DNA of 64,000 bases. Source: the human T2T-CHM13v2.0 reference genome, Homo sapiens. This document shows, in pieces, positions 1 to 21,079 of this stretch. Position 1 is the stretch's first letter; each line of letters starts with the position of its first letter. The position numbers and the translations under genes are program-made. The stretch is from NCBI RefSeq assembly GCF_009914755.1, contig NC_060931.1. One strand, written 5' to 3'. Below the pieces are notes generated by a model that was given only the letters and a program-made list of their open reading frames with translations, was not told the origin of the DNA and ran no database searches.

Positions 1-232
1 CAGGGGACCGAGCAGTAGTGCAAGTCGTGGTTGGCAGTGCCTTGGAGGGAGCGCCGCTCAGAGCTAAGACACCATAGAACTGTACATTCCTTCTGGGAGT
101 TTTAGGGCAGATGGGAATACTTATTTTAATAAAATCCACTTGAGTAGACAATTTCCCGAGATGTAAGCGTCTTGAGAGAGAGGTGTGTCTTTTTCTAATT
201 TGCACAAATACCCTGTAGGCCACGGTGGTATT
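1..232. mobile_element. MER91-like (hAT-Tip100) DNA transposon remnant
   Basis: gacaatttcc..agatgtaagcgtcttgag...tttttctaatttgcacaaa resembles the recalled MER91B consensus. Confidence 0.55.
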
Positions 233-316
233 GGGTTGTCCTTTCTACGAGAATGCTGAGTTGATGATGTGTCCTTCGGGAATAACTACAGCTATTTGTT
301 GTGGTGGTTAAGATAG

Positions 317-601
<285 letters not shown>

Positions 602-655
602 TAACTTTTAAACAACATTTGAGGGCTTCCTCAGGTTCTTTCTTATGCATTATTA

Positions 656-994
<339 letters not shown>

Positions 995-1129
995 TCATCA
1001 AGGACCTTGGTCCCTGCAGGGAGTCCTGCACCTTGACCCCTTGGCTCCTCCTCCAGGCAGCATCTCCCGGCCCCTTTCCATTTAGCCAGCCTTTTGCTTG
1101 CCTTGACAGCAGCAATCTTTGTTTAAAAT

Positions 1130-2122
<993 letters not shown>

Positions 2123-2462
2123 TCACATGATTTTAAGTTCGGCTATTCCAGATCTCTGTCATTAGTGAGCTCTTTTTGGAGTGAGGAGAGAATTTCCACT
2201 TTTGTAATTGTGTGCTTCAACAAGATTCACAGACCCAGTAACTGGGCACTGTCAGTTGTTAGGACAACTCTGTGCCCGGAACTTTAGGCTTTACTCAGCA
2301 AGGCTAGGTCGCAAGTGCACTGTCATTTAGGGCAGAAGGACTCATCTCAGGTAGGAAACTAAATGACTCACCCAGAGCACATGTTATTTTGCTTCTGAAC
2401 TGGAAGATACCATAAAGCTCCTTTCCTCGATGACATCTTCATTTAGAGAGGGGTGGGCTTAA

Positions 2463-2973
<511 letters not shown>

Positions 2974-3699
2974 TGAAATAATTCAGAAATAATGCCTTTC
3001 TGGCATTCTTTCACATATAAGCATTTTTATGCCCCAAGTATGTGTCAAAGCCTGTAAAATCCATTCAGGGAGAAAAAAAAGAAAATAAGAAAAATAAGAC
3101 TCAGTCCCCAGCCCTCCAGGAGTGAATACCAAGGTGGCGGGCCAACCTGTTCACCATTTAGGCATCTGTGATAAATGTGTAAGCAGCATTTCTGAAGTCA
3201 GACTTCCTAATGCTTATTCAGTTTGTATCTAAGGCAGCTGATAAAAGACCTGATAATAGATAAATGCGCTGGGCATGGTGGCTCACGCCTGTAATTGCAG
3301 CACTTTGGGAGGCCCAGCGGGAGGACTGCTTGAGCCTAGCTAGGAGTTCAAGACCAGCCTGGGCCACAGTGAGACCCCATCTCTATAAAAAATTAGCCAG
3401 GCATGATGGCATGTGCCTATAGTCCCAGCTACTCAGGAGGCTGAGGTGGGAGGATCACTTGAGCCTAAAAGTTGGAGGCTGCAGTGAGCCTCCAACTGAT
3501 TGTGTCACTGCACTCCAGCCTGGGTGACAGTGCATGACCCTGCCTCAAAAAAAAAAAAAAAAAAAAAAGCTTTGGGATATCTTTAATTAGGCATTTCAAA
3601 CCCTACTGTATGGAGTTGATTTTTCAACATTTATTCACCATTTAGAAATTATGAATCAGAGACTCATAGAATGTTAGGGCTGGACTGTTAAATCTTTGA

Positions 3700-3923
<224 letters not shown>

Positions 3924-4908
3924 TGACCTCAGGTCATCCATCCGCCTCCACCTTCCAAAGTGCTGGGATTATAGGCATGAGCCACCACACCTGGCCTGAA
4001 ATCTTCTTTGTCCAACCTTTGATTGAACAGAAAGTGACCTAAGACTCATGGAGGCCCCACTCAAGGTCCCAGAGTGAGCCCGAGAGTTCCAGTGGCAGAA
4101 TGTCAGAATCTCCTTGCAGGGCCCCTTCCCTCCTCCCAGGGAGCCTCCCGGCAGCATGTGACCTGACCCTGCCGCTGCAGGCCTGGCCTCTCTGCACCCA
4201 TGTCTTGTCCTGAACAGCACACTGCCTGATGATAACTGTCTCTCCCTTACTCATATCTTTTATCAGATTGATCACAAATTATTCGTAGGTAAGGGTCAGG
4301 GCTGAGTCATTTCCTCTGAGAAAATCCACTGGGCCGTTTAAAATAAAGGCTTTTCTTGGTTTGCTTTGAATCATCGCAAGGGTACCAAACGTGATGCAGG
4401 AAACCAAGGGGCCTGTGTCTTTCTGGGGAAAAAAAGAGCAAGATCTAGCTAGGCTCGCACAGGGCTGGACTTCTGGGTTACCCCAGAGAGGTTCTGCAGC
4501 CGCCATCCTAATTCCAGCCAAAGCATCTTCCCACTAAAGGCAAGCTGCTTTCCCTCTAGCAAACAGCAGTTCATATATCACACTAAGCAATGCTGGGCTT
4601 CTCTGGCTATCTAACCTGGAGGGTCGCCTCTAGGGGTTGAGGCTAGAAGGCTTCGGGACAAGCTGCTCTGGCTTGCCTGGCTGTGACACAGTAACCAAGA
4701 GCCCAGGTGAGGAGAAGCTTCCCACTGCAGACAGAAGTCCAGCCTCTGAGGCTGGGTGCGGCCTCCGAAGTTGGGCGCGGTGGCTCATGCCTGTAATTCC
4801 AGCACTTTGGGAGGCCAAGGCAGGAGGATTGCTTGAGCTCAGGAGTTTGAAACCAGCCTGAGCAACATGGCAAAACCCCGTCTCTACTAAAAATACAAAA
4901 ATTAGCTA

Positions 4909-5130
<222 letters not shown>

Positions 5131-5947
5131 TTAAAAGCTTAGCCACCCCCCTGGCAGACTCTCTCCTTCAGCCTTTGGGGATTAAGCGCTCCAGTTCCTG
5201 GATTCTGCAACTCAAAGGCAGATTCCTAGGGATTCATCAGCCAGCATGGTCCTGCACCTCTCTACAAAGCCACAGGCTGCTCCTGGGTGTGGTGGGCTTA
5301 CAGAGGGCTTTCAAGTCACCCATTCCCTAATCCACTTCAAGGCTCTTGTCTTCTTCCCCCTGGCATAGGTTGAACCTGTTCACGAAGGTAGAGAGCCCCT
5401 GCCTCAGTTTAAGGCCAACCAACCTCTGAAGCTAAGACTTTCTTTTTTTCGGCCAGGCATGGTGGCTCATGCCTGTGATCTCAGCACTTTAGGAGGCTGA
5501 GGCCAGGCGTTCAAGGCCAGCCTGGCCAACATGGCAAAACCCCGGTCCTACTAAAATTACAAAAATTAGCCGGGTGTGGTGGCACACGCCTGTCATCCCA
5601 GCTACTTGGGAAGCTGAGGCACAAGAATCGCTTGAATCCAGGAGGCAGAGGTTACAGTGAGCCGAGAACATGCCACTGCCCTCCAGCCTGGGCAACAGAG
5701 TGGGACTCTGTCTCAAAAAAGAAAAAAAAAAAAAACTCTCTTTTTCTTTTTTTTTTGCTTTCATGCTCAGAAAAGGAGATAACTATTGATTATGCAACCC
5801 CCAGGGGAGTGGTCCCTGTGTTCCTGTAAAGGCAAAGAAAGGACCTGGAGGGCTTTGAATATAGGTGAAGATCCCTCCTGACCCCCAGGAGGTCTCTCAA
5901 AGGAAAGTAACTTTCAAGTGACTATGAGGTTCTACAAAGCTTGAGTC

Positions 5948-6237
<290 letters not shown>

Positions 6238-6492
6238 TTAAGTCCTTAAGGAAAGGAGCAGGATCTTTGGCAAGTTGAAAGGCCTGGGCTCCACAGCCTT
6301 TTTGGTGTCTGCCACCCTGAAGGTCTGTGGTCTCTGCAGCCAGCCCTCTCTGAGAAGCTGCCGTCATCAGAAGCTGCAGGGACCTGGCCTGTGCAGGGTT
6401 GCCCCTTCCTGGAGCTGAGCAAGGCAGCCTGGCCCTGACCTCAGTCCCCATGAGCTGACCTCCCTCAGGGTCGGTCTTCCAAGCAACATCCA

Positions 6493-6501
6493 AAAGGATA
6501 T
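6493..6501 (-). other. HIP1: U12-type (minor spliceosome) AT-AC 5' splice site ATATCCTTT, start of HIP1 intron 2
   Basis: Exact match to the U12 donor consensus RTATCCTTT at the point where HIP1 protein identity ends (HAR|). No GT donor at that position. Confidence 0.95.
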
Positions 6502-6565
6502 TTCTGGCGTGTTTTTCCTTTACAGCCACTTCCTGCGTATTAATGGCCTTATTGATGCTGACAGT
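6502..6565 (-). CDS. HIP1: HIP1 exon 2 (64 nt; TVSINKAINTQEVAVKEKHAR + first nt of next codon), N-terminal part of ANTH domain
   Basis: Minus strand reads ...cttcttgtttttcag|ACTGTCAGCATCAATAAG...AAACACGCCAGAA|atatcctttt. The peptide matches human HIP1 residues 41-61 as I recall them, including the K56/K58/H59 basic lipid-binding patch. Phase-0 acceptor, phase-1 donor. Confidence 0.97.
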
Positions 6566-6600
6566 CTGAAAAACAAGAAGGGGGGAGGGAAAGGAGGATG
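6566..6600 (-). other. HIP1: U2-type polypyrimidine tract and CAG acceptor of HIP1 exon 2
   Basis: Minus strand catcctcctttccctccccccttcttgtttttcag directly precedes the exon. Confidence 0.93.
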
Positions 6601-6628
6601 AGATGAATAAGCCTCTGAGAGTGGCTGA

Positions 6629-7394
<766 letters not shown>

Positions 7395-7449
7395 TGATTT
7401 GCGAACCCCAAAGTTCTGGGATTACAGGCCTTGTTTTTTTCTCTTTTGA

Positions 7450-7744
<295 letters not shown>

Positions 7745-8229
7745 TAATTTTGCAAAGTGCATATACATAGGAGTACCATTTGCACAAACACAGAAAAGGG
7801 ATTATATCATGTAGGCTGTTTTCTTAGGTACAGATTTTCTCCTTTTTCTGTTTTGATGTCATTCTATCCCTATAACCCATGTTAAAAACCTGTTATGTAT
7901 CACATACATACACCCACACATACACATAAATACCTACATACTGAAGAGGTTAATTTTGCCATTGTTCTACAAAAATTAGATTGTCATATATAGACTTCTC
8001 TACATCTTGGTTTTCTTGAATGTATCTCCCGGAAAATTCTGCAAAGGGGCTGAAAAAACTCTAGTTTTTATTATTATTATTATTATTTTTCGTCCTGAGA
8101 CAGGGTCTTTTTCTGTCCCCTAAGCTGATGTGCAGTGGCACAATCATGGCTCACCACAGCCTCCAACTCCTGGGCTCTAGCGATTCTCCTGCCTCAGCCT
8201 CCTGAGTAGCTGGGATTACTGGCGAATGA

Positions 8230-8481
<252 letters not shown>

Positions 8482-8548
8482 TGATACAATGTCTAAGATT
8501 TACTTCAAATAATCTGGAGAATAAAAAGTCTGGTGGTTGATGGTATAG

Positions 8549-9140
<592 letters not shown>

Positions 9141-9271
9141 TCCATAGGATATATGTTTGGCCACAAGTTCCTTGTTGATGCTGGGGCTATACCAGGGCTT
9201 CTTGGACTAGTCTTCATATTTGTATACGTTTGAACTTTTCTATAATGAAAGGTTAAAAAAAAAAACTTTGA

Positions 9272-10049
<778 letters not shown>

Positions 10050-10066
10050 TAAACAGTATAACCTCT

Positions 10067-10791
10067 GTTGTAAGTTGAATTGTATACCCCCGCCCCACAA
10101 AAATATATAATCACGCCCAACCCCCCCCACCCCGTACCTATGAATATGATCTTATTTACAAATAGGGCATTTGCAGATGTAATTAGTTAAGATGAGGTCA
10201 CACTGGAGTAGGGTCATATTATGGAATGTAATATGACTGGTGATCCTCGAAGAAGATGTAGGGATCCAGAGACACACAGGGAGGATGCTGCATGAAATGA
10301 GACAGAGATGAGTGATGAGTCTACAAGCCAAGGAATGCCAAGGACAGCCAGCGGCCACGAGAAGCTAGAAAGAATCCTTCCCGGCCGGGCGCAGTGACTC
10401 ACACCTGTCATCCCAGCACTTTGAGAGGCAGAGGCGGGAGGATCACCTGAGGTCAGGAGTTCAAGACCAGCCTGGCCAACACAGCGAAACCGTGTCTCTA
10501 CTAAAAAATACAAAAATTAGCTGGGTGTGGTGGTGTGTGCCTGTAGTCCTAGCTATTAGGGAGGTTGAGGCAGGTGGATTGCTTAAGCCCAGGAGGTTGA
10601 GAGTGCAGTAAGCAGTAATCACGCCACTGCACTCCAGCCTGGGTGACAGAGCGAGACTCTCAAAAAAAAAAAAAAAAATGGAGCCTTTCCTAGAGCTTTC
10701 AGAGACAGTATTGCCCTACCTTGCAAGACGGTGAGAGAATGCAGCCACCCAATTAGTGGGAATTTGTTGACAGCCCCAGGAAACTAATTAC
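10067..10791 (+). mobile_element. MLT1 (MaLR) solo LTR interrupted by an Alu (10383-10678)
   Basis: ttgcagatgtaattagttaagatgaggtca, caagccaaggaatgccaagg and the end ggaaactaattaca. Confidence 0.85.
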
Positions 10792-10995
10792 AGGGTCCTT
10801 TCCCCATCAGATGGGGTCCTCTGGGAGGACAAGAATGACATGCGATGCTTCCCCTACAGCACATGATTTGGGGCTCTCCTGAGCACAGTCGTTGGCTCTG
10901 CAGGGTGAGCGTAAGAGCAGTCAGGAAGGAATCTCTGGCCAGCACTTTGGGAAGCTGAGGTGGGAGGATCGCTTAAGGCCAGGATTTTGAGATCA

Positions 10996-11190
<195 letters not shown>

Positions 11191-12827
11191 TCAAAAAAAA
11201 GGAAAAAAAAAAAGATGCAAGTAAGAAGTGAAAAGTTCATTCCCCTAAACCTCTCCATGAAGCAGTACTTCTCTCCTATGGAGACGCAGTGCTTACAGCT
11301 TCCTCTTAGCACGTCCTTCCCTGGACCTTAGTCCTCAGTGACAGAACTGTCCCAAGCACTGTCTTCCCTGTACATTTCCTCAAGTGCATTACAGCCGTTT
11401 AAACTATGTTCTTCCCCTGGCACCATAGGCCAGGGGCACCATGACATAGGCTGGGGCACCATGACAATGGCAAAATTCTGGCTGCAGACAGACCCCTGGG
11501 CAAAGTCTCCATACTTCCGGAGCCCATCAAGGTTGTCTGCAGTCAGAAAGGACTTACAAGGCATATAAACACATAGAAGGACAAGAAACCCAAATCTGTA
11601 AGATGCTGACCTGGACATGGTTAAGTTCCAGGGGGTTTGGGAAGGCCTGTAAGGAATATGGGCCGTGAGGAAGAGGACCACACCAGGTAGTTGGAAATGC
11701 TAGAAATGGGGCTGGATGCGGTGGCTCATGCCTGTAATCCCAGTACCTTAGGAGACTCAGGTGGGAAGATCACTTCAGGACAGGAGTTCAAGACCAGCCT
11801 GGGCAACATAGTGAGACCTCATCCCTACAAAATATTAGCTGGGTATGGTGGCATGCGCCTGTATTCCCAGCTACTCTGGAGACTGAGGTGGGAGGATTAC
11901 TTGAGCGATCCAGGCATTGGAGGCTGCAGTGAGCTGAGATTGCATCACTATGCTCGTCTGAATGACAGAGCAAGACCTTGTCTTAGAAAAGAAGGAAGAA
12001 GGAAGGAAGGAAGGAAGGGAGGGAGGGAGGGAAGAAAAATGGTAGAAACTGCTTCAGGGCCTCTAGGGAGGACCCATGATGGGTGAGATTTAGATTTACC
12101 CTAAAAATAACTGTTCCTACTGCTTGACCAATTGCTCAAACTTGTGGTCATTATGAACCTTGCTCACACACACACGCAAAAATCTTATAGTAACAAATTT
12201 TTAAAATCTTTAAAATTCCCATAAGCCACGTAAAATAATATACCGTGAGTTTGTGACTATGGATCCACTGAGTGTGTGTGTATAGCTGAGAATCAGGAAA
12301 GTTCTGTGCTGTAGTGTTGAAAGGAGAGAGAAACCTTTTAAACTGAGACACTGCTCAAGGAAGACTTCTTAAAGGGAAAGGAGGGATAACTCGGCCCAGC
12401 TACTGTCCCAGCCATTACCCACTTCTGTCATATATGCCTCATAGGAACTCTGGGGTCTGGAGGGCTGTTGTTCAGAAAGGTGGAGAAACTCACCCAAGGT
12501 CATGCTCTTTGGTTCCAAGCCCTGAACCAGCACCCGCTCTGTACTGTGGAGGGGTTCGGGCCTGCAGGGGACTGGGTCTGGGGTTCTGGACACAGATGAC
12601 AGGCCTTCTGGGCAGAGGAAGTGCCACAAGTAAAGGCACCAAAGTGGAAGGGCATGGAGCATGCAGCCTGAGGGCCGGGGGGGATGGAGGAGAAGCCAGG
12701 AGGCAGGTGAGGCTGCGTGTGGGAGGCCAGTGGGCTTCTGAGTGGCAAGAAGAGATGACAGCAGGTGGAGGGGAATGGGCCAGCAGTGGCGGCAGCTGGG
12801 GTAGAGCTGGATGGAGCCTGGAGGTGA

Positions 12828-13085
<258 letters not shown>

Positions 13086-13707
13086 TGAGGTGATCCCCCT
13101 GCCTTGGCCTCCCAGTGTTGGGATTAGAGGCGTGAGCTACCGCGCCTGGCTGTATTTTTATTTAATCAATTATTATTATTTTTTGGAGACAGGGTCTTGC
13201 TCTGTCACCCAGGCTGGAGTGCAGTGGTGCAATCATAGCTTACTATAGCCTCAACCTCCTGGGTTCAGGCAATCCTCCCACCTCAGCTTCCTGAGTAGCT
13301 GGGACCACAGGCACATACCACTATGCCTGGCTAGTTGGTTTTTTTAAATAGAGACGGGGTCTCATTATGTTGCCCAGGCTGGTCTTGAACTCCTGGCCTC
13401 AAGCAATCCTATTGCTTCAACCTCCTAAAGTGCTGGGCTTATAGGTGTGAGACACCATGCCCAGCCAGAAGCTATTTAATAGCATAAAAGTACAGGAAAA
13501 ATGGAATCAAAATGAAAGATGTGAGAATGGAAATGACCCAATATAATGTGAGCTGTAAAACGAGCTTCAGTAGGACTGGCAGATAGGAGCTCCGGGTTAC
13601 AGGGAGACAGCAGAAGGATGCATCCATGGTGCCTCCAAGATGATGCAGAGACTTTAGGAGGCCGAGGGGGGCAGATCACCTGAGACCAGGAGTTCAAGAC
13701 CAGCCTA

Positions 13708-13926
<219 letters not shown>

Positions 13927-14472
13927 CTAGATGAGGGGAGGATAGCAGCAAGGGCCACAAGCTGGGGAGACACTGTAAGAAAAGGACCCGAAGGAACAAT
14001 GAACAATGAGGCCAGGCGGCTCTTGGGTAAGAAATAGCCATTTTTAAAAGAATGAGGAAGTGAACTAGCGGTAACGGTGGTGATAATTATCAAGCTGATG
14101 GCACTAATGAGTGCTTAGACCAGGCCCCTTTGTATGAATTATCTTATATAAAGTCTTACAACTCTACAACCTACCAGTAGACACTTAATAGTATTAATCA
14201 GCTCCATTCTGCAGATGAAGAAACCAAGGTACCTGAGATCTCTTAGGCTTAGAAAGGCTAAGTAAACCTGGGTGGGGTGGCTCATGTCTGTAATCCCAGC
14301 ACTTTGGGAGGTTGAGGCTGGAGGATTGCTTGAGAACAGGAGTTTGAGACCAGCCTGGGCAATAGAGCGAGACCCCATCTCTAAAAAAAAATTTTTTTTT
14401 AAATAGCCAGGTGTGGTGGTGCACACCTGTAATCCCAGTACTTTGGGAGGCTTAGGTGGGAGGATTACTTGA

Positions 14473-14919
<447 letters not shown>

Positions 14920-15199
14920 TGAGATAGGAGGATCACAGGAGGATCACTTGAGCCCAGGAGTTTGAAGCTGCTGTGAGCCATGATCACGCCACTGCACTCC
15001 AGCCTGGGGACCAGAGTGACACCCTATCTCTAAAATAAATAAATAAAAATAAAAAAAGAACTGCTAAGTAAACTGCCCAGGCCCGTAACATCAGCAAGTG
15101 TAGGGCGGGGATTCAGTCTTTGCAGTGTGACCAAGCTCAGGCTCAGGATCACAACCTCGGCACTAGACAAGGCCCTCTACACCACAGAGACACGATCAG

Positions 15200-16155
15200 A
15201 ATCCACAGACTGGAAAAATGCATTAAAATTCACAAGATGAAATCCAGTAGGTACAAAGGAAATTTTCTATACTTAGGCCTAAACTCACTGGCACAAGGGA
15301 GCCGTGACTCAAAGCAGCACTTGTGAAAAGAATGAAGGTGTTTTGGCTGGGCACATGGCTCACGCCTGTAATCCTAGCACTTTGGGAGGCTGAGGTAGGT
15401 GGATCACGAGGTCAGGAGTTCAAGTTCGGCCTGGCCAAGATGGTGAAACCTCGTCTCTACTAAAAACACACAAAAAATTAGCCGGGCGTGGTGGTGGGCA
15501 CCTGTAATCCCAGCTGCTCGGAAGGCTGAGGCAGAAAATTGCTTAAACCCGGGAGGCGGAGAACGCTGTGAGCCGAGATCACGCCACTGCACTCCAGCCT
15601 GGGTGACAGAGAGAAACTCCGTCTCAAAAGAAAACAAAAAAAAGAATTAAGGTGTTTTATTTGGCTGCTAACTTAATAATAGCAAGATTTTGATACGGTT
15701 GATGAACATGCAAGTCTGATCTCTCTGGATGCATTAAAAGGAGGGAACGTATGGTTCCAGTTCTCTACACAGATAAGGCCATGCGTGAAACACTATTCAG
15801 TTTCAGGCTTTATACATTATGAAGGAAACTAACAAGCTGGACCATTTCCAAAAAAGAGTGACCTGGATTGAAATGGACTTAAGATCTGAAGAAAATTTAG
15901 AGAAATATCAGTATTCTGAAGCGTGACCATCTGGAAGCAGGAAAAACTCCAGAGGCTTGAACCTAGACCAATGGGCAGAAGTCCAGAGAGGCAGTTTCTG
16001 GATGAACTTAAAGCTGTCTCATGAAAGAGAACTCCTCATTATTAGAAACACACATGCAGAAGAGAGGCAACCTCTCTGGGTTATTGTGAAAAAGATGGAC
16101 AGGTTCAGATTACATTAGATGACTTCTAGGTCTCTTCCCATTTTTAGACTCTGAA
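15200..16155 (+). mobile_element. L3/CR1-like 3' remnant interrupted by an Alu (TSD aaaagaat-aaggtgtttt)
   Basis: Degenerate CR1 ORF2-end motifs and 3' end ttagatgacttctaggtctcttcc...agactct. Confidence 0.55.
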
Positions 16156-16838
16156 ACGGCTGATCAGATGACGGAGGGCTCTGGATATCAGGTCGAGGAA
16201 AACTGTGATCTGATGGGTACTGGGGATCCACAGAAGGCTCTTGAGCAGGGGAGGAACATGACACAAATGACCCTCTGTTCTCCTGAATGAGTTACTTCTC
16301 CAGTGTGCTAAGGAAAGTGGGGAACACCGTGGGAGTCACCGCCTCCCAGTATGAATCCAGTGCAACTGACAAGGACCTGGCCTAAGCACTGGCTTGTGGA
16401 AAGAAGTTTCTTCCTAAACCAGCGGCTACAAGGCACCTGTAAGCTCTGCCTGAGCTTGCCAGGACTGTCCCAGACCCTTCTCCTGCAGCTCTGGGGGGGC
16501 TCACAAGAGCTCTCAGGCACTGTCATCATCGTGCCCCAGTTCCCCAAGCAACACTTCATCATAGTGGCTGTACCCATGAGGCAGAGCCCACTCTATGGTT
16601 TGGGGCCCATTGCCGAGTCTGTGGCAAGGCTTCTTGGGGGCTCATTCTGGGTTCTAAGGCAACCTGTAGGTCCCCCAGGGGGCCAGGGAATGTCAGATAC
16701 TGAGGGGTTTCCAGGGCAGAAGTTCCCTGCGAGGACCAGTTTCCCATGGCTCACTAACACTGTGTACCTGGGATACCACCTCTCCACCCCACCCTCCACC
16801 ATACACGCTCCCTCTTCTTTCTACTTTCCAAACCCTGA

Positions 16839-17000
<162 letters not shown>

Positions 17001-17114
17001 TGAGTAGCTGGGACTACAGGTGTGCGCCACCATGCCCAGCTAATTTTTATATTTTTAGAAGAGACGGGGTTTCACCATATTGGCCAGGATGGTCTCGATC
17101 TCTTGACCTCATGA

Positions 17115-17591
<477 letters not shown>

Positions 17592-18025
17592 TGATTATAG
17601 CTCACTGCAGCCTTGAACGCCTGTGCTCAAGTGATCCTCCAGCCTTAGCCTCCCGGGAAGCTGGGACTTCCAGGCATGTGCCACCACACCCAGCTAATTT
17701 TTTTGTATTTTTTGTAGAGATGGGGTCTCCCTGTGTTGCCCAGGCTGGTCTTGAACTCAGGCTCAAGTGACCCTCCCCCAACAGCCTCCCAAAGTACTGA
17801 GATAACAGTTGTGAGCCACCGCACCTGGCCTTTTTTTTCTCTTTTTTTGAATTCCTATTTCTCTTAATACGTTTGACACTGAGTATTACCTTCCCTCCCT
17901 ACCCAGACTAGAATCCCAAGCACAAGGACCCTGCCTTCTCCTTTCCTGTAGGCCCACAGTCGCGAAGGCAGGTCATAAGTCCATAAGTCATCAGGACTGG
18001 CTGCTTCCCAGCACTCTCGCCTCTA

Positions 18026-18458
<433 letters not shown>

Positions 18459-18489
18459 TGAACTGCGCCTGTTCTATAAAATTTTTTTA

Positions 18490-18849
<360 letters not shown>

Positions 18850-18986
18850 CTACTCCCTTCCCCTCCCGGCCCCAGGCTCTCTGAAGGACATCATTTGGTT
18901 CTGAACTGTTCCCGCCCCGCCACAGGCCAATGCCTGGGGGCCCCTCCCAGCACCAAGGGCGGGCAGTGCGGGGCTGGGTGTCTCAC

Positions 18987-19019
18987 CTCTGGAGGGGGCT
19001 CTGGGTTAGGGAACATCAT
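18987..19019 (-). CDS. HIP1: Coding part of HIP1 alternative first exon: MMFPNPEPPPE
   Basis: Minus strand ATG ATG TTC CCT AAC CCA GAG CCC CCT CCA GAG|gtgaga: 11 whole codons then a GT donor, in phase with the phase-0 exon 2 acceptor. It lies in a repeat-free island between Alu clusters and matches my recollection of an annotated HIP1 isoform N-terminus. Confidence 0.8.
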
Positions 19020-19022
19020 CTG

Positions 19023-19037
19023 AGAACAGGCTGTTCT
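19023..19037. promoter_or_regulatory. Perfect palindromic steroid response element (ARE/GRE/PRE/MRE) AGAACA-ggc-TGTTCT
   Basis: Exact match to AGAACAnnnTGTTCT. The inverted repeat extends to GAGAACAG-G-CTGTTCTC (19022-19038). Binding is not shown by sequence. Confidence 0.65.
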
Positions 19038-19723
19038 CTGGACTTCCCTGGAGTCACACAGGACCTAAGACCAAGCCGTGTCTCCCCTGAAAGGGTGGCA
19101 TTGTCCACCACTTCCTGACCCAGCAGGCCCTCGTGTCCCCGGCTGGTTCCGGAGAGCCAATTACCAGCAGGCACCGCAGGAAGGGCGCCTTTCTCCCAGC
19201 CTCTCTTCCTCCCTCCCCAGCACTCCCCATCCTCCGCTCGCCTGGGACAGCCCAGCCAGGCAGTGGCCAATGGGAAACCCTCTGGCCTTGCTTGTGTGGG
19301 GAGCTGGGCCTGGGCCTGGCCTGTGGGCCCAGTTGGACACTGTCAGGTCACATACACACAGCTCTTGGCAGAAGCCCAGCCCTCGGGCTGCCAAGGCCAG
19401 GCTGGCTCACAAAGGTCCCACGGCAGGAGCAGGCACGGGGATGTGCCCCGGGTGGGGGTGGCAGGTCCCCAGGCAAGGGGCCAGAGAAGGAAAACCTGAG
19501 AACAGGCAGCACAGATGGGAAAGGAGAAGGGCAAAACAAAGGCAGAGGAGGCCGGGCACGGTGGCTCCACCTGTAATCCCAGCACTTTGGGAGGCGGAGG
19601 TGGGCGGATCACCCAAAGTCAGGAGCTCCAGACCAGCCTGGCCGACATGGTGAAATCCCATCTCTACTAAAAATACAAAATTAGCCAGGGGTGGTGGCGC
19701 GTACCTGTAGTCCCAGCTACTCA

Positions 19724-20202
<479 letters not shown>

Positions 20203-21079
20203 TCACTTGAGGCCAGGAGTTCAAGACAAGCCTGGCCAACATGGTGAAACTCCGTCTCTACTAAAAATACAAAAATTAGCTGGGCATGGTGGCAGGTGCC
20301 TGTAATCCCAGCTACTCAGGAGACTGAGGTGGGAGGATGGCTTGAGCCCAGAAGTTCAAGGTTGCAGTGAGCTATGATCATACCACTGCACCACTCCAAC
20401 TTGGGTCACACACACACACACACACACATGCACACAAAAGAAAGAAAAGAAAACTAGAAAGAAAGAAAAGAAAATTGGCCATGGCAGGTTGCAGTACAGG
20501 TGGCAATAGCTCAGGTTAACAGCTGGGACCTACCACCTGAGTGAGGATGACAGGGAGAGTACAGAACCAAATGGAGATCAGGTGAGCCTGGGAGAGTAGA
20601 GGGACAGGTGAGGCATGAAAGCCAAACAGAGCGTCCCCACCGTGGGGAGCCTTCTGTGCTCCGTGAGACTGCTCTGGTCCTAGCTACAACACTTGGAATT
20701 TGCTGCCCAACATCAGGGTCTTTTTAATTCTTCTCTTGATCAAAAATAATAATAATCATCATAGAGCCATTGTCACCAGATTAGTGGTAGTAGCAGGAGC
20801 CACTGACCCTCACTTGGGCCTCTTCCTCCTCCCAGGCACTGCACTGGTAATTTACTTCTCATCCGCCTTTGGTCCCTAGAGGGCAAGAAATCTGGGCCCC
20901 TATTTTCCAAGACAAGCTACTTGCAAGTAGTACAGCCAGCAAGAAGTGGAGCCAGAATTCAAACCCAGGTCCATCTGAGAGCGCCTCCTCTCCCACACCG
21001 TGCTGCCTTCTGTAACTGCCAGGGTCCAACACAAACCTGTTGCCAACCAACGTCCTCCACCCTACTGTCTGCCTCACCT

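Noticed and set aside
1-300. HIP1 exon 3 / U12 branch point near the window start
   Set aside because: No TCILGTHHEK coding sequence or TCCTTRAC...AC seen on the minus strand. The region looks like a MER91 remnant.
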